Source: Nitrospira sp. (lineage in GTDB: Bacteria > Nitrospirota > Thermodesulfovibrionia > UBA6902). From it: DNA of 64,000 nt. Under the pieces are notes generated by a model that searched no databases, had not been told where the DNA came from, and saw nothing but the letters and a program-made list of their open reading frames with translations. Where the stretch lies: the NCBI GenBank assembly GCA_016784355.1, contig JADHUV010000009.1:8746-72745 (forward strand), given 5' to 3'. Position numbers and translations under genes: made by a program. Positions 1 through 10,015 of the stretch are shown in pieces; position 1 is the stretch's first letter; every line of letters starts with the position of its first letter.

Positions 1-2
1 TA

Positions 3-584
3 AAGCAGGAAGTAACAGTTGCACACTTGTGGCTTGAGGAAGCCCTGGTCGGTGATAATACCAAGGGGATTGATGCAGTTCTGAAACATGTGGAAACGGC
101 AGAGAGTAAGAATGAGTCCCTTCTAAGTGGTGAGAATGCAGGACTTATTGCGGCTGATGCAGCCCTCAGGGGTGAGTTGTTAAGGATTCGGGAAAGTCTG
201 AAGTCCTTTCACCTGATTGCAAATGACCGCCACATGCTGAGCGGGACAGCAGCGGCCGGATCGGTTCATGACCTCAATTATGATAATGTTTATGAGGGGT
301 TTATTCAGAATGTTCAGAATATTGAATTTCATCTTCAGCACAAGATCAATATATCTTACTCGGTCTTCGGACTAACGCAGTATCTCACGGCGTTTTTTCT
401 AATAATTTTTGCCGGGTCAGCCATGCTGGTAGCATTGCATTACAGGGGCGGCCGGGATCATGCAATGTCAGATCTCAAAGGTGTTTTAATTAAGGATCAT
501 AGCCATGCAGATGGTAGCCCTGATCTTGAAACACCTGTAGACCGTGCCTCAGGTGCTGATGTATCAGGAGTGTCACAGGGCTGA
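3..584 (+). CDS. 3' part of a hypothetical protein with a C-terminal transmembrane segment; the frame is open to the window edge
   Basis: The frame stays open from nt 3 upstream of the listed TTG at 27. One hydrophobic helix (LTAFFLIIFAGSAMLVAL). No motif recognised. Confidence 0.35.
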   Translation, partial: KQEVTVAHLWLEEALVGDNTKGIDAVLKHVETAESKNESLLSGENAGLIAADAALRGELLRIRESLKSFHLIANDRHMLSGTAAAGSVHDLNYDNVYEGFIQNVQNIEFHLQHKINISYSVFGLTQYLTAFFLIIFAGSAMLVALHYRGGRDHAMSDLKGVLIKDHSHADGSPDLETPVDRASGADVSGVSQG

Positions 585-652
585 ATTTAATCATCAATCT
601 GATTTTTCTGTTTAGTATACGCTGATATCCTGTTGAGCTTGCTGCTCAAGAG

Positions 653-1399
653 ATGGTATTGTGTATGCACGATATGAAAGAGCGGATTGATCTTGGCAAA
701 TTTACTGAGGATGGGCTTGAGCGGATGTTGAGTTCTGTATCTCTTGTCGAGGATTCCGGTGCCAGAATTGATTGTATTTCTGCTGTTTTTTCCGGCATTT
801 CTTATAATGAATCCACTCTTGCCGGTAGTGCTGACACCCCTGAGATCTTTGTGGTAAATCTTGCTGCTCTTGATTGCTTCACTTTCATTGATTATGTGGA
901 GGCGATGAGAAAATCGGGGGACTTCAGTGAGTTTAAGGAAAGTCTGCTGACGGTGCGCTACAGAGCAGGTGAAATTTCATATCAAAACAGGAAACATTTC
1001 TTTACAGACTGGATAAATTATAATTCTGCTTCAGTAGTAGATTGTACGGAATTGCTCGGGCAGGGCAGGGCGGTCTGTGCAGAAAAAATATTGAATAATA
1101 AAGATGACGGATCGTTGTATTTACAGGGCGTCCCATGTGTTCAGCGGGACGTTGTTTATATTCCATCAAAGGATATAGATAAGACAGTATTGCAGTCCCT
1201 TAGGACAGGAGATTATATAGGGGTTTATTCTGAGCTTCCGGGGCTGGATGTCTCGCATGTCGGGATATTTATAAAGAATGGTGAAGCATCTTATCTGCGC
1301 CATGCATCGCGTAGACAAGGGAAAGTTATAGATGAGGATTTTATGAGCTACATAAAGAACACGCCGGGTATTGTTGTATTGAGGCCCGAGGGTGAGTAA
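653..1399 (+). CDS. DUF1460/AmiA-like NlpC/P60-fold amidase (candidate anhydro-muropeptide amidase)
   Basis: Cys/His pattern of the NlpC/P60 type (AALDCFTFIDYVEA ... DVSHVGIFIK ... LRHAS). The stop overlaps the ampG start, implying translational coupling. Confidence 0.55.
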   Translation: MVLCMHDMKERIDLGKFTEDGLERMLSSVSLVEDSGARIDCISAVFSGISYNESTLAGSADTPEIFVVNLAALDCFTFIDYVEAMRKSGDFSEFKESLLTVRYRAGEISYQNRKHFFTDWINYNSASVVDCTELLGQGRAVCAEKILNNKDDGSLYLQGVPCVQRDVVYIPSKDIDKTVLQSLRTGDYIGVYSELPGLDVSHVGIFIKNGEASYLRHASRRQGKVIDEDFMSYIKNTPGIVVLRPEGE

Positions 1400-2621
1400 T
1401 AAACTTATACAGGTTTTTTTCAGCCGCAGGATGACGGTTGCTTTTGTTATGGGGTTTGCCTCTGGACTTCCGCTGCTGCTTACGATAACCGTGCTGCAGG
1501 CATGGATGCGGGAGGAGGGCGTGGATCTGGGTGTGATCGGGCTTTTTGCGCTAGTCGGTCTTCCTTATACAGTGAAGTTTCTCTGGGCACCATTTCTGGA
1601 CAGATTTACGATCTCTGTCCTTGGGCGTAGAAGAGGTTGGCTCATGCTCTTTCAGCTCCTGCTGGCTCTTGCAATAGCGGGACTGGGCTTTACTGATCCG
1701 GGACAGAGTCCTATGCTTGTGGCATTTGCAGCATTTCTGGTTACTTTTTTCAGTGCATCTCAGGATATCGTGGTTGATGCTTACCGGCGGGAAGATCTGG
1801 CAGATGAGGAGCTTGGCTTAGGTTCGTCACTCTATGTAAATGGATACAGGGTTGGTATGCTCCTTGCCTCAGGCGGGGGGCTTATCATGGCGGATTTTAT
1901 TTCCTTCTCACAGGTTTACCTTATCATGGCCCTGTGTATGATCCCGGGCATTGTCACAACATATCTGACACCCGAACCGGAGGCAGTTCCCGGAACTCCG
2001 CAGAGCATGAAAGAGGCGGTTATTAATCCGCTTGTAGAGTATTTCAGCCGGAGCGGTGCATTATGGATGCTTGCTTTCATCCTTTTTTATAAGATTGGGG
2101 ATACCATGGCAAGTGCCATGACAACGCCGTTTTACCTTGATATAGGGTTTACCAAGACAGAGATCGGAACCGTGGTAAAGCTTTTTGGCTTCTGGGCAAC
2201 GATTGCAGGCGGACTTGCCGGAGGTATGATTATGCTGAGGCTGGGGATAAATCGTTCTTTATGGATTTTCGGTGTCCTGCAGGCTATTTCTACGGCAGGT
2301 TTTGCGGTGCTTGCTTCTGCAGGAGCACATATCTCTTTGCTTGCTGCAGTTATTGCGTTTGAAAACCTTACGGGCGGCATGGGAACTGCCGCTTATGTTG
2401 CATTTATGGCAAGCATAACAAATAAGAAATTTACGGCTACGCAGTATGCACTGTTGAGCAGTCTTATGGGTGTTCCGAGGGTTTTCGCTGCCGCGCCGAC
2501 GGGTTTTTTTGTCAAAGAACTCGGGTGGTTCAGTTTTTTCATTGCCTGCACCCTGATAGCTATTCCCGGAATGCTCCTGCTTTTTAAATTCGCGCCGTGG
2601 AATGGGAAGAAGGCCCGTTAG
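1392..2621 (+). CDS. ampG: AmpG-family MFS muropeptide permease
   Basis: Multi-TM MFS protein with the AmpG-typical N-terminal block GLPYTVKFLWAPFLDR. Neighbours are nagZ-like and amidase-like genes. Confidence 0.8.
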   Translation: MSNKLIQVFFSRRMTVAFVMGFASGLPLLLTITVLQAWMREEGVDLGVIGLFALVGLPYTVKFLWAPFLDRFTISVLGRRRGWLMLFQLLLALAIAGLGFTDPGQSPMLVAFAAFLVTFFSASQDIVVDAYRREDLADEELGLGSSLYVNGYRVGMLLASGGGLIMADFISFSQVYLIMALCMIPGIVTTYLTPEPEAVPGTPQSMKEAVINPLVEYFSRSGALWMLAFILFYKIGDTMASAMTTPFYLDIGFTKTEIGTVVKLFGFWATIAGGLAGGMIMLRLGINRSLWIFGVLQAISTAGFAVLASAGAHISLLAAVIAFENLTGGMGTAAYVAFMASITNKKFTATQYALLSSLMGVPRVFAAAPTGFFVKELGWFSFFIACTLIAIPGMLLLFKFAPWNGKKAR

Positions 2622-2636
2622 GCAGGAGAATGGCCG

Positions 2637-4121
2637 TTACAGGGATATGGGCATATTCCCTTTAAAAGAGATTTCTCCCATAAGGCAGCGCATTGCCGCC
2701 TGCTGGGCCTGCAGCGAAGAATCATAAGCCGCAATCAAGGTATCTGCCTCCATGAAATGTCTCAGTACATAAGGACTTCCAAATGATATGACAATTGATC
2801 TGCGGAAGGAACTCAATGCCAGCTTTATCATATCTGTATTCAGTGAACTGATCCCCGAGCTTCCGTGCCAGGCGGCAATATTTGTAAATATCCCTACAAG
2901 CAGGATTCCGTCGTGATCAATATTTGATGTCTCATCGGTGAACTTAAGAGGGCATCCAAAGAGCTCTTTAAGCGTTGATATGTCAGGGGAGGTGTCATCT
3001 CCGCAGACCATAAGGCTGATTTTATGAGTATCTTTAAGCGGGACGATATCTTTTGAATTATGTATTAGTGTTATTGAGCGCTCATACAGCTCTGTGAATA
3101 TTGCTTTTGCATCAGTTTCTAAGCGGAAAGCTGTCTGGTCAAGAGGTGTTTTTTTGACATACTCATTGATTCTTGCAGCAGCCTTATCGATTTTTGATTC
3201 GGTCAGTGCGCCGCTTGCGACATCGGCTGCGAGTTCTGAGGCGGCGGTGTCAGCATCATCCGGATGTAATATTATGTCGGCCCCGGCATTAATGCACCCC
3301 GTGGCGGCAGATCCGTATTCCCTGAGGGCATGCATATTAAGGGCGTCTGTCAGGATAAGGCCCGGAAAACCGAGTTCCTCTTTAAGAAGTCCCGTTACTA
3401 TTCGCTTTGAGAGGGAGGCAGGCAGGTGGTCAATAGCGGGAATGCTCAGGTGTCCGAGCATAATGCTGCTTATGCCTGCCTGAATCGCGGCCGCAAATGG
3501 GACGAGATCCTGTGCCCTCAGGTCATTTAATGATTTTGATATCAGCGGCAAATCTATGTGTGAGTCTGTGTCTGTATCTCCGTGGCCGGGAAAGTGTTTT
3601 GCACAACTGATGAGTCCGGCACCTTCAATGGCGCTTATATAAATTTTGCCGAGACCTGCCACGGTTGCAGGGTTATCAGAAAATGCCCGTGTGCAAATAA
3701 TAGGGTTGTCAGGGTTGCTATTGATATCAAGTACAGGGATAAGAGGCATGTTTATGCCTGCCTGTGCTGCTTCCTGGGCAACCATAGTAATTGCCTTTTC
3801 CAGTTGTCTTATTTCAGAGATATTATTTAGATCTGTGGCGGCTGCGACGGCCATTTGTGTGGGGAAATGCAGGGCGCCTTCTAAGTGCTGTCCGACCCCA
3901 CGCTCTATGTCGCATGCAATGACAAGGCGTTCCTTTGCCAGGGTCTGAAGTTCCGCAATGCAGGCTGTAACTTCATCCTTTGTGCCGCCGAAGATGATAA
4001 ACCCGCCGATACCTTTTTCTACGAGCAGGGCAAGGCTCTCACGGTATTTGAGTTTCCCGAGTTCATAGCCATTAAGTCTGCTTATGATAAGGCGGTAATA
4101 TTTTTTATCTGCAGGGGGCAT
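2637..4121 (-). CDS. nagZ: Glycoside hydrolase family 3 beta-N-acetylhexosaminidase (NagZ-like, with an extra C-terminal domain)
   Basis: GH3 signature KHFPGHGDTDTDSH and the LILTDALNM block. At 494 aa it is longer than a minimal NagZ. Confidence 0.75.
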   Translation of the reverse strand: MPPADKKYYRLIISRLNGYELGKLKYRESLALLVEKGIGGFIIFGGTKDEVTACIAELQTLAKERLVIACDIERGVGQHLEGALHFPTQMAVAAATDLNNISEIRQLEKAITMVAQEAAQAGINMPLIPVLDINSNPDNPIICTRAFSDNPATVAGLGKIYISAIEGAGLISCAKHFPGHGDTDTDSHIDLPLISKSLNDLRAQDLVPFAAAIQAGISSIMLGHLSIPAIDHLPASLSKRIVTGLLKEELGFPGLILTDALNMHALREYGSAATGCINAGADIILHPDDADTAASELAADVASGALTESKIDKAAARINEYVKKTPLDQTAFRLETDAKAIFTELYERSITLIHNSKDIVPLKDTHKISLMVCGDDTSPDISTLKELFGCPLKFTDETSNIDHDGILLVGIFTNIAAWHGSSGISSLNTDMIKLALSSFRRSIVISFGSPYVLRHFMEADTLIAAYDSSLQAQQAAMRCLMGEISFKGNMPISL

Positions 4122-4150
4122 CTGACATTATACACAACAGGGAAGGAGGC

Positions 4151-5686
4151 TTACAGTTCCGTACTGTTGAGTTTGTATTTTCTTATTTTATAGCCTATCT
4201 GTCGAGGGGTAATACCCAGAAGTCTCGCGGCTTTGGATTGGTTCCATCCGGTTTTTTCAAGGGACTCCAGTATATTGGCTTTTTCGATTTCTTCAACATT
4301 GGCGCTGAGTGAGCCTGAATCGACCAGTATTTGCGAGGGCTTAAGGCTCAGGGAAACCGGAAGTTCCGATGGGGTGATTTTGTCCACGCCAGTCATTATG
4401 ACAAGTCTTTCTATTGTATTTTCAAGTTCTCTGACATTGCCGGGCCAATTATAACTGAGTAGTACTTGAAGAGCATATTTATCCAGGGAAACCATCCTGT
4501 TATTTTCTTTATTGAATTTATCCAGAAAGAATTCAATAAGTACGGGGATATCTTCACCCCTTTCCCGTAAGGGCGGCAGGAATATGGGTATTACGTTTAG
4601 CCTGTAATATAAATCTTCCCTGAATTTCCCCCGTGCTGCCAGATCCTCCAGGTTCCTGCTGGTTGCTGTAATGATTCGCACATCAACCTTTATGGTGTTT
4701 TCGCTGCCTACCCGCTCGAACTCTTTTTCCTGTAGTACGCGCAGTATCTTAGGCTGCAGTGATACAGGCAGGTCGCCTATCTCATCCAGGAAAATGGTTC
4801 CCGCCTCAGCAAGTTCAAACTTGCCTTTTCTTGAGGCTATGGCACCCGTGAATGCCCCTTTTTCATGTCCGAAGAGTTCTGACTCCAGGAGGCCTTCTGG
4901 GATCGAGGCACAATTAAACTTAATAAATGCTCCTTTGCTGCGGGGGCTCATATAGTGTATGCCTTTGGCGATAAGTTCTTTGCCCGTTCCGCTTTCTCCC
5001 CGGAGCAGTACGGTTGCCTTTGACGGCGCGACCCGGTGCACAGCCTCATATACGCCCTGTATTTTGTCTGACATACCGATCATGTTTTCTATGCGGTATT
5101 TACCCTGTAGCTCTCTTTTCAGGTCTTCTTTTTCATGCTCGATTTCTTCATAACTTTCCCATAGTTTGATAAATTGTGCTATAAGTGAAGCCACGATTGT
5201 CAGGACCCGGAGATCATCATCGACATTACCCAGTTTTTCTGAGTATATTCTATCAACGCTCAGAACCCCGAGGACCTCCTCTTTGAGCATTAAAGGTATG
5301 CAAAGGAAAGAGACCCCTGCCTTTGCCGGTCGAGCCCCTGTTTTATTCAGGAAAAGCGGTTCATTGTCAATATTTTGTATGACCATAGGTCTTTTCTTTT
5401 CAAGTACACGTCCAACAATGCCTTCGCCAATCCTGTATTTACCTTTCTCTATGTTCTTTTTTGTCAGGCCGTGAGCAGCTACAATGCGCAGTTCCCCCGA
5501 AAGAGGATCGAGAAGAAACACGCACCCTCTCTGCATTTCAAGAAGCGTTCCAAGGGTGGACATCACAGACTGCAGGTTTTTCTCCAGAGCGAATGAAGTC
5601 GTCAGTACACGGCTTACCTCTAAAATTGCGGTAAGTTCCCTGTTTTTTTGTACGATCAGGTTGGTTTCTTGTTTGATGACTGACAT
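4151..5686 (-). CDS. Sigma-54-dependent transcriptional activator with an N-terminal GAF domain and a C-terminal Fis-type HTH
   Basis: Walker A GESGTGKE, the sigma-54 contact loop ESELFGHEKGAFTGA, an arginine-finger region, and the C-terminal HTH AARLLGITPRQIGYKIRKY. The N-terminal ~170 aa are GAF-like. Confidence 0.9.
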   Translation of the reverse strand: MSVIKQETNLIVQKNRELTAILEVSRVLTTSFALEKNLQSVMSTLGTLLEMQRGCVFLLDPLSGELRIVAAHGLTKKNIEKGKYRIGEGIVGRVLEKKRPMVIQNIDNEPLFLNKTGARPAKAGVSFLCIPLMLKEEVLGVLSVDRIYSEKLGNVDDDLRVLTIVASLIAQFIKLWESYEEIEHEKEDLKRELQGKYRIENMIGMSDKIQGVYEAVHRVAPSKATVLLRGESGTGKELIAKGIHYMSPRSKGAFIKFNCASIPEGLLESELFGHEKGAFTGAIASRKGKFELAEAGTIFLDEIGDLPVSLQPKILRVLQEKEFERVGSENTIKVDVRIITATSRNLEDLAARGKFREDLYYRLNVIPIFLPPLRERGEDIPVLIEFFLDKFNKENNRMVSLDKYALQVLLSYNWPGNVRELENTIERLVIMTGVDKITPSELPVSLSLKPSQILVDSGSLSANVEEIEKANILESLEKTGWNQSKAARLLGITPRQIGYKIRKYKLNSTEL

Positions 5687-6052
5687 AGTAGTATGATGAT
5701 GAGATGGTAATTTTTTATAGTGATTATGGTATTATACACAAGTGTCCCCGAGTATTTCTTATTCAGGTGTGTATGCGATAATTGATATTTCAGTCACCTC
5801 TATCCCTTTTGTCCATGATCGCATCTTTTATCAACGCAGTTTCCTGCAATTAAAGTTGTCAGGGAATGTGCCGTATATATAGCATAGAAATGAAGCTTTA
5901 GTTAGAAGTATTCGGTTGGGGGGCCTTATCCCTTTTATTTTAGTATAAATTTTTTATATAATAAGGATTACTTGTTTTAAATTTCGAGAATCAGTATATA
6001 TCTGATTGTTAAATATATAAAAGAACGAAAAATAATTTCGATAGAGGTATAG

Positions 6053-8443
6053 ATGGCAAAAGGCTGTTGTGATACAGGAAGAGATGAAAGAATAAAGCAG
6101 TATAGCTACAGTGAGTGGGAGATCGATGATCCCAATGTCAGGAAGTTCAGTCCTGAAGATATTCTTTTTACTCCTGAACATATTGTCAAACGCAAAAAGG
6201 GCGTGTCACTTCTGATTGATCCGAAGTCGCCTAACTGGATAAGTATGAACCAGACAGGTGCTGAAATTATCAAGCTGTGTGATGGTAAACATACTATTTC
6301 TGAGATTCAGGATGCGATATGCAAGAAATACGCTGTCAGCAATAAAAAGCAGGTAAAGGAAGAGGTCTCTCAGTTTCTCAGTGCTGCCGGACTGCTTGAA
6401 TTTGTCTCAGATATAAAATTTGAAAGACCGGCATACCCCGGCAGAAGCAAGGTAATAGCTCCCAAAAAACTCGATGAGCTGTGGATGTACTACACCATGG
6501 CATGTAACCTCAAGTGTAAGCACTGTCTGGTGGATGCGGGCAAGGTTTTGCGCAAAGAGCTTAGCACCGAGGAGTTTATGAAGGTGGTGGACGAAGGGGT
6601 CAAGCTTGGAGTTAAGAGGTTTTATATAACCGGCGGTGAGCCCTTTATAAAAGAAGGGATCTTTGATCTTATTAAATACATCACAAAAACAAAGAAGCGG
6701 GAGCTTATAGTTCTTACCAATGCGACCCTCTTTGATGATGACAAGATAGCTAAGCTGGCAAAGCTTGCCGGCCCGAGACTTCTACTTCAGGTGAGTCTCG
6801 ATGGGCACACTGCGGCCATGCATGACGAACTTCGCGGCAAGGGAAGTTTTGATAAGGCAGTAGACGGGATTAAAAAGCTGATCAGTATTGGCATAACACC
6901 GATTATCTCTACGGCGATCAGCAAGCTGAATGAAAAGGACATTTCAAAGACTTCCAAGTATCTCTCAGGGCTTGGCATTCAGGAGCACAATGTGCTTTGG
7001 ATGCATACGAAGGGTCGAGGTGCAAGTAATATAAGTGATCTTTATATACCCTCTGATGATGTTGCAAAGGCAATGAAAAGAATCAAGAGTGCTTATAAAG
7101 AGCAGGAGATGATCCTGGATAATGTAGAGTCGCTGAAAGTCAGGGTCAGGACTAAAAGAGGCAGAAAGAATGACCTCTGCAATAACTGTTATGAAAAGGT
7201 ATGCGTTAATTCCGACGGGAATGTATATCCCTGTGCATCTCTGAACGGAGATAAGGCGTTTAATGCCGGCTCAGTCAGGAAGAAATCCCTTGAGGACATA
7301 TGGCTTAATTCAAAGGTCATGGATACGGGCCGTAAACTCAGCGTACAGGATAAGGAGGAATGCAGTAAGTGCTACCTTGAATATTTCTGCGGCGGAGGAT
7401 GTACAGCTCATAGTTACTATGCAAGTGAAGTGGATACGGGCAAGGGTTCTATAACTGCGGTTGACCCTTACTGCTCAACCTATAAATCACTTTTTGATGA
7501 CATTATATGGGAGCTCGCTTCTGAAGGTGTCAGGACGTCTAATGATAAGACGGGATATACTGTTCCCCTTGTATATAATGCGATGGATACAAAGCTTCCC
7601 GGACATTTTGGCAAGGGTCTTAAGAAGATTGATAAAAACTTTGATGTCGGCTGTTATCACTGCTCATGTGTTTTATCTGTTGATGTTGAGGGCGATGATG
7701 AGATCTGTAAGCCCGAGATTAAAGGGAATGTTACAAAGACAGTGAAAAAGAAATTTTCAGATGCTGCTTATAACCCTGTTGCGGATTACTATTGTCCTAC
7801 CGGTTATGATCCTAAAGATCTTGCTCATATACCTAAAGAGGTAATGGATGTATCTTACGGCTGCGGAAATCCTGCTGCCCTTGCGGATATAGGCGAGGCA
7901 GAGACCATTGTCGACCTTGGTGCGGGTGGTGGCATTGACTGCTTTATAGCTGCAAAAAAACTTGGACCAAAAGGCAAGGTCATTGGTATAGATCTGACTG
8001 AGGAAATGGTTGTTCAGGCTAGTAAGAGCGCTAAGAAGGTTGCAAAGGTTCTGGGCTATGATGTAGTGGAGTTCAGAGCCGGAAACATAATGGAGCTGCC
8101 GGTTGAGGATAACTCTGTTGATTTAGTTATATCGAACTGCGTTATAAATCTCACGGAAGACAAGTGGCAGGCACTGAGAGAGATATATCGTATTCTTAAA
8201 CCAGGCGGCAGGTTCTATATTTCTGATATAGTTTCGGATAAGCCGGTTCCTGGATACCTGAAGCGTGATAAAGAACTCTGGAATGCATGTCTTTCAGGGG
8301 CACTTACAGATAAGAATTTCAAGGCAACGGCAGATGATGCCGGCTTTAGCAAGGTAACACTGACAAACGGGTATCTTTATAAAAAGGTTGAATTTATCAA
8401 TTTTTACTCGGTAACATTAAAAGGTATCAAACCTAAAAAGTAA
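6053..8443 (+). CDS. Tri-domain fusion: PqqD/RRE-like domain, radical SAM with a SPASM auxiliary-cluster domain, and a C-terminal ArsM/AS3MT-type SAM methyltransferase
   Basis: PqqD-like segment ISMNQTGAEIIKLCDGKHTISEIQDAICKKY. rSAM CxxxCxxC in CNLKCKHC, plus GGEPF. SPASM Cys block CSKCYLEYFCGGGCTAHSY. Methyltransferase motif I VDLGAGGGID, with YGCGNP, SNCVINL and LWNACLSGAL. SD AGAGG upstream of the ATG. Confidence 0.85.
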   Translation: MAKGCCDTGRDERIKQYSYSEWEIDDPNVRKFSPEDILFTPEHIVKRKKGVSLLIDPKSPNWISMNQTGAEIIKLCDGKHTISEIQDAICKKYAVSNKKQVKEEVSQFLSAAGLLEFVSDIKFERPAYPGRSKVIAPKKLDELWMYYTMACNLKCKHCLVDAGKVLRKELSTEEFMKVVDEGVKLGVKRFYITGGEPFIKEGIFDLIKYITKTKKRELIVLTNATLFDDDKIAKLAKLAGPRLLLQVSLDGHTAAMHDELRGKGSFDKAVDGIKKLISIGITPIISTAISKLNEKDISKTSKYLSGLGIQEHNVLWMHTKGRGASNISDLYIPSDDVAKAMKRIKSAYKEQEMILDNVESLKVRVRTKRGRKNDLCNNCYEKVCVNSDGNVYPCASLNGDKAFNAGSVRKKSLEDIWLNSKVMDTGRKLSVQDKEECSKCYLEYFCGGGCTAHSYYASEVDTGKGSITAVDPYCSTYKSLFDDIIWELASEGVRTSNDKTGYTVPLVYNAMDTKLPGHFGKGLKKIDKNFDVGCYHCSCVLSVDVEGDDEICKPEIKGNVTKTVKKKFSDAAYNPVADYYCPTGYDPKDLAHIPKEVMDVSYGCGNPAALADIGEAETIVDLGAGGGIDCFIAAKKLGPKGKVIGIDLTEEMVVQASKSAKKVAKVLGYDVVEFRAGNIMELPVEDNSVDLVISNCVINLTEDKWQALREIYRILKPGGRFYISDIVSDKPVPGYLKRDKELWNACLSGALTDKNFKATADDAGFSKVTLTNGYLYKKVEFINFYSVTLKGIKPKK

Positions 8444-8507
8444 GTTGCGGATATAAGTCCTGAGGGTAATCCCAGGGCAATGGTTCGCAAGAAAAGAGGT
8501 CGGATTT

Positions 8508-9992
8508 ATGAAAGTTACATTAGTCAATGCGCAGGTACTGGATGGCAACAATGTTGTTCCGCCATTGGGGCTTCTGTATGTGGCCGGCTCGCTGGAAGCT
8601 GCCGGACATGAGGTACAGATCTTTGATGCGGATCCCGAACACGAAACAACCATGCTTCAGCAGATCAAGGACTTTAATCCGGGACTGATAGGCATAAGCT
8701 TTCTGACGGTAGCATATGAACGTGCGGAGGGTCTTTGTAAGGCTCTGAAAAAAGTTCTTCCGGATGTAATGTATTGCGCAGGAGGCGTGCATGCCACGGT
8801 CAAGCCTGAAGAAACATTGAAGGCGTTTGACCTTGATTTGATAATTATGGGTGAAGGCGAGCACACCATGGTAGATTTATGTAACAGGCTCTCAAAGAAT
8901 GAGAGTATTGAGGATGCCCCTGGATTGCTTTATCAAAAAGACGGCGCGATTGTCAGGACTGAACCAAGAGAGCTTATTCAGGATCTTGACTCCATACCAT
9001 TTCCTGCCAGACACCTTATTGATATGACCCCGTATCTGAAGCCCCCGGGAATTATCAGGGGTTATGCTGATAAGAATCAGACAACAATAGTGACCAGTCG
9101 AGGCTGTCCTTTTAAGTGTATTTATTGCGGAAGTCATAATATATTCGGCAGAAAGACCAGGCGGCGCTCATATCAGAACGTTGTTGATGAGATTGAACAT
9201 CTTGCTAAAAATTTCGGTATCAGAGGTATATATTATTGTGATGACACCTTTACCCTTAGTTCCAGGTGGGTTAAGGAATACTGTAATGAATTGAAGAAGA
9301 GAAAACTTGATATTAAGTGGGGCTGTCAGTCGAGGGTTGATCAGACAGACAGGGCACTTATGATAGAGATGAAGTCCTCAGGTCTCGTGCAGCTTGATTT
9401 CGGTGTTGAGAGTGGTTCTGAAAAGATACTTAAGGTACTTGGTAAGGGCGGAGCAGGTGACAGGACATCCCAGATCAAGGAATCCTTCAAGCTTTGCAAG
9501 GAACTTGATATTAGGACTCTTGCTACGTTTATCATTGGTAATCCGACAGAGACAAAGGAGGATATCGATGAGAGCTTTGCGGTAGCAAAAGAAATACAGG
9601 CGGATTATACCGCATTTTATTTCCTGACTCCTTATCCGGGTACGGACATTTATGATCAGGCTATTGCAAATGGATGGCTTGATCCGAACCTGCCTTTCTC
9701 TGAGATATGGGCACACAGGCAGCCGGAACTGCCTCTGATGGCTATTACATTTAGTCAGGAAGATTTAAGGGATATCAGACGTAATCTGCAGAATCATTTC
9801 TTCAGAAAAAATTATCTCGTAAGATCAGGGAATATTAGTTTTTATTCCATCCTGTCTACGATATTTTTCAGGAATCCGGGAATATTCCTGACGGCCTTTG
9901 GGAAATTTCTCCGGACCCGTAGGATGGATTACATAGTTGAGACTTTGAATGCTGAGTACTGGAGAATTAAAAAGTATGAGGGTGCAGGTTAA
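8508..9992 (+). CDS. B12-binding-domain radical SAM protein (class B rSAM)
   Basis: N-terminal Rossmann-like B12-binding region (PPLGLLYVAGSLEAAGHEV). rSAM cluster motif SRGCPFKCIYCGS. Lies 64 nt downstream of the fusion gene on the same strand. Confidence 0.85.
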   Translation: MKVTLVNAQVLDGNNVVPPLGLLYVAGSLEAAGHEVQIFDADPEHETTMLQQIKDFNPGLIGISFLTVAYERAEGLCKALKKVLPDVMYCAGGVHATVKPEETLKAFDLDLIIMGEGEHTMVDLCNRLSKNESIEDAPGLLYQKDGAIVRTEPRELIQDLDSIPFPARHLIDMTPYLKPPGIIRGYADKNQTTIVTSRGCPFKCIYCGSHNIFGRKTRRRSYQNVVDEIEHLAKNFGIRGIYYCDDTFTLSSRWVKEYCNELKKRKLDIKWGCQSRVDQTDRALMIEMKSSGLVQLDFGVESGSEKILKVLGKGGAGDRTSQIKESFKLCKELDIRTLATFIIGNPTETKEDIDESFAVAKEIQADYTAFYFLTPYPGTDIYDQAIANGWLDPNLPFSEIWAHRQPELPLMAITFSQEDLRDIRRNLQNHFFRKNYLVRSGNISFYSILSTIFFRNPGIFLTAFGKFLRTRRMDYIVETLNAEYWRIKKYEGAG

Positions 9993-10015
9993 GGCCTGAG
10001 CTTAAACAGATAGAA

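Noticed and set aside
5726-5785. Small ORFs in the activator/rSAM spacer that could be RiPP precursors, for example the 19-aa MVLYTSVPEYFLFRCVCDN, the 12-aa MIASFINAVSCN and MCRIYSIEMKL.
   Set aside because: None has a Shine-Dalgarno sequence at a sensible distance. They are very short and lie in AT-rich DNA, where such ORFs arise by chance. Nothing links them to the RRE domain, so I kept this only as something to test.
5979-5991. The 13-mer AAATTTCGAGAAT occurs in the rSAM spacer (5979-5991) and again in the kinase/icd spacer (35776-35788).
   Set aside because: In a 64-kb window, tens of exact 13-mer coincidences are expected by chance (about L^2/2 pairs versus 4^13 possibilities). The match does not extend on either side.
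8474-8490. GG-N10-GC spacing (AGGGCAATGGTTCGCAA) between the two rSAM genes, considered as a possible internal sigma-54 promoter.
   Set aside because: Only the invariant dinucleotides match. The flanking bases deviate from TGGCAC/TTGCA (TCGC instead of TTGC), and the site sits in a 64-nt intra-operon gap.
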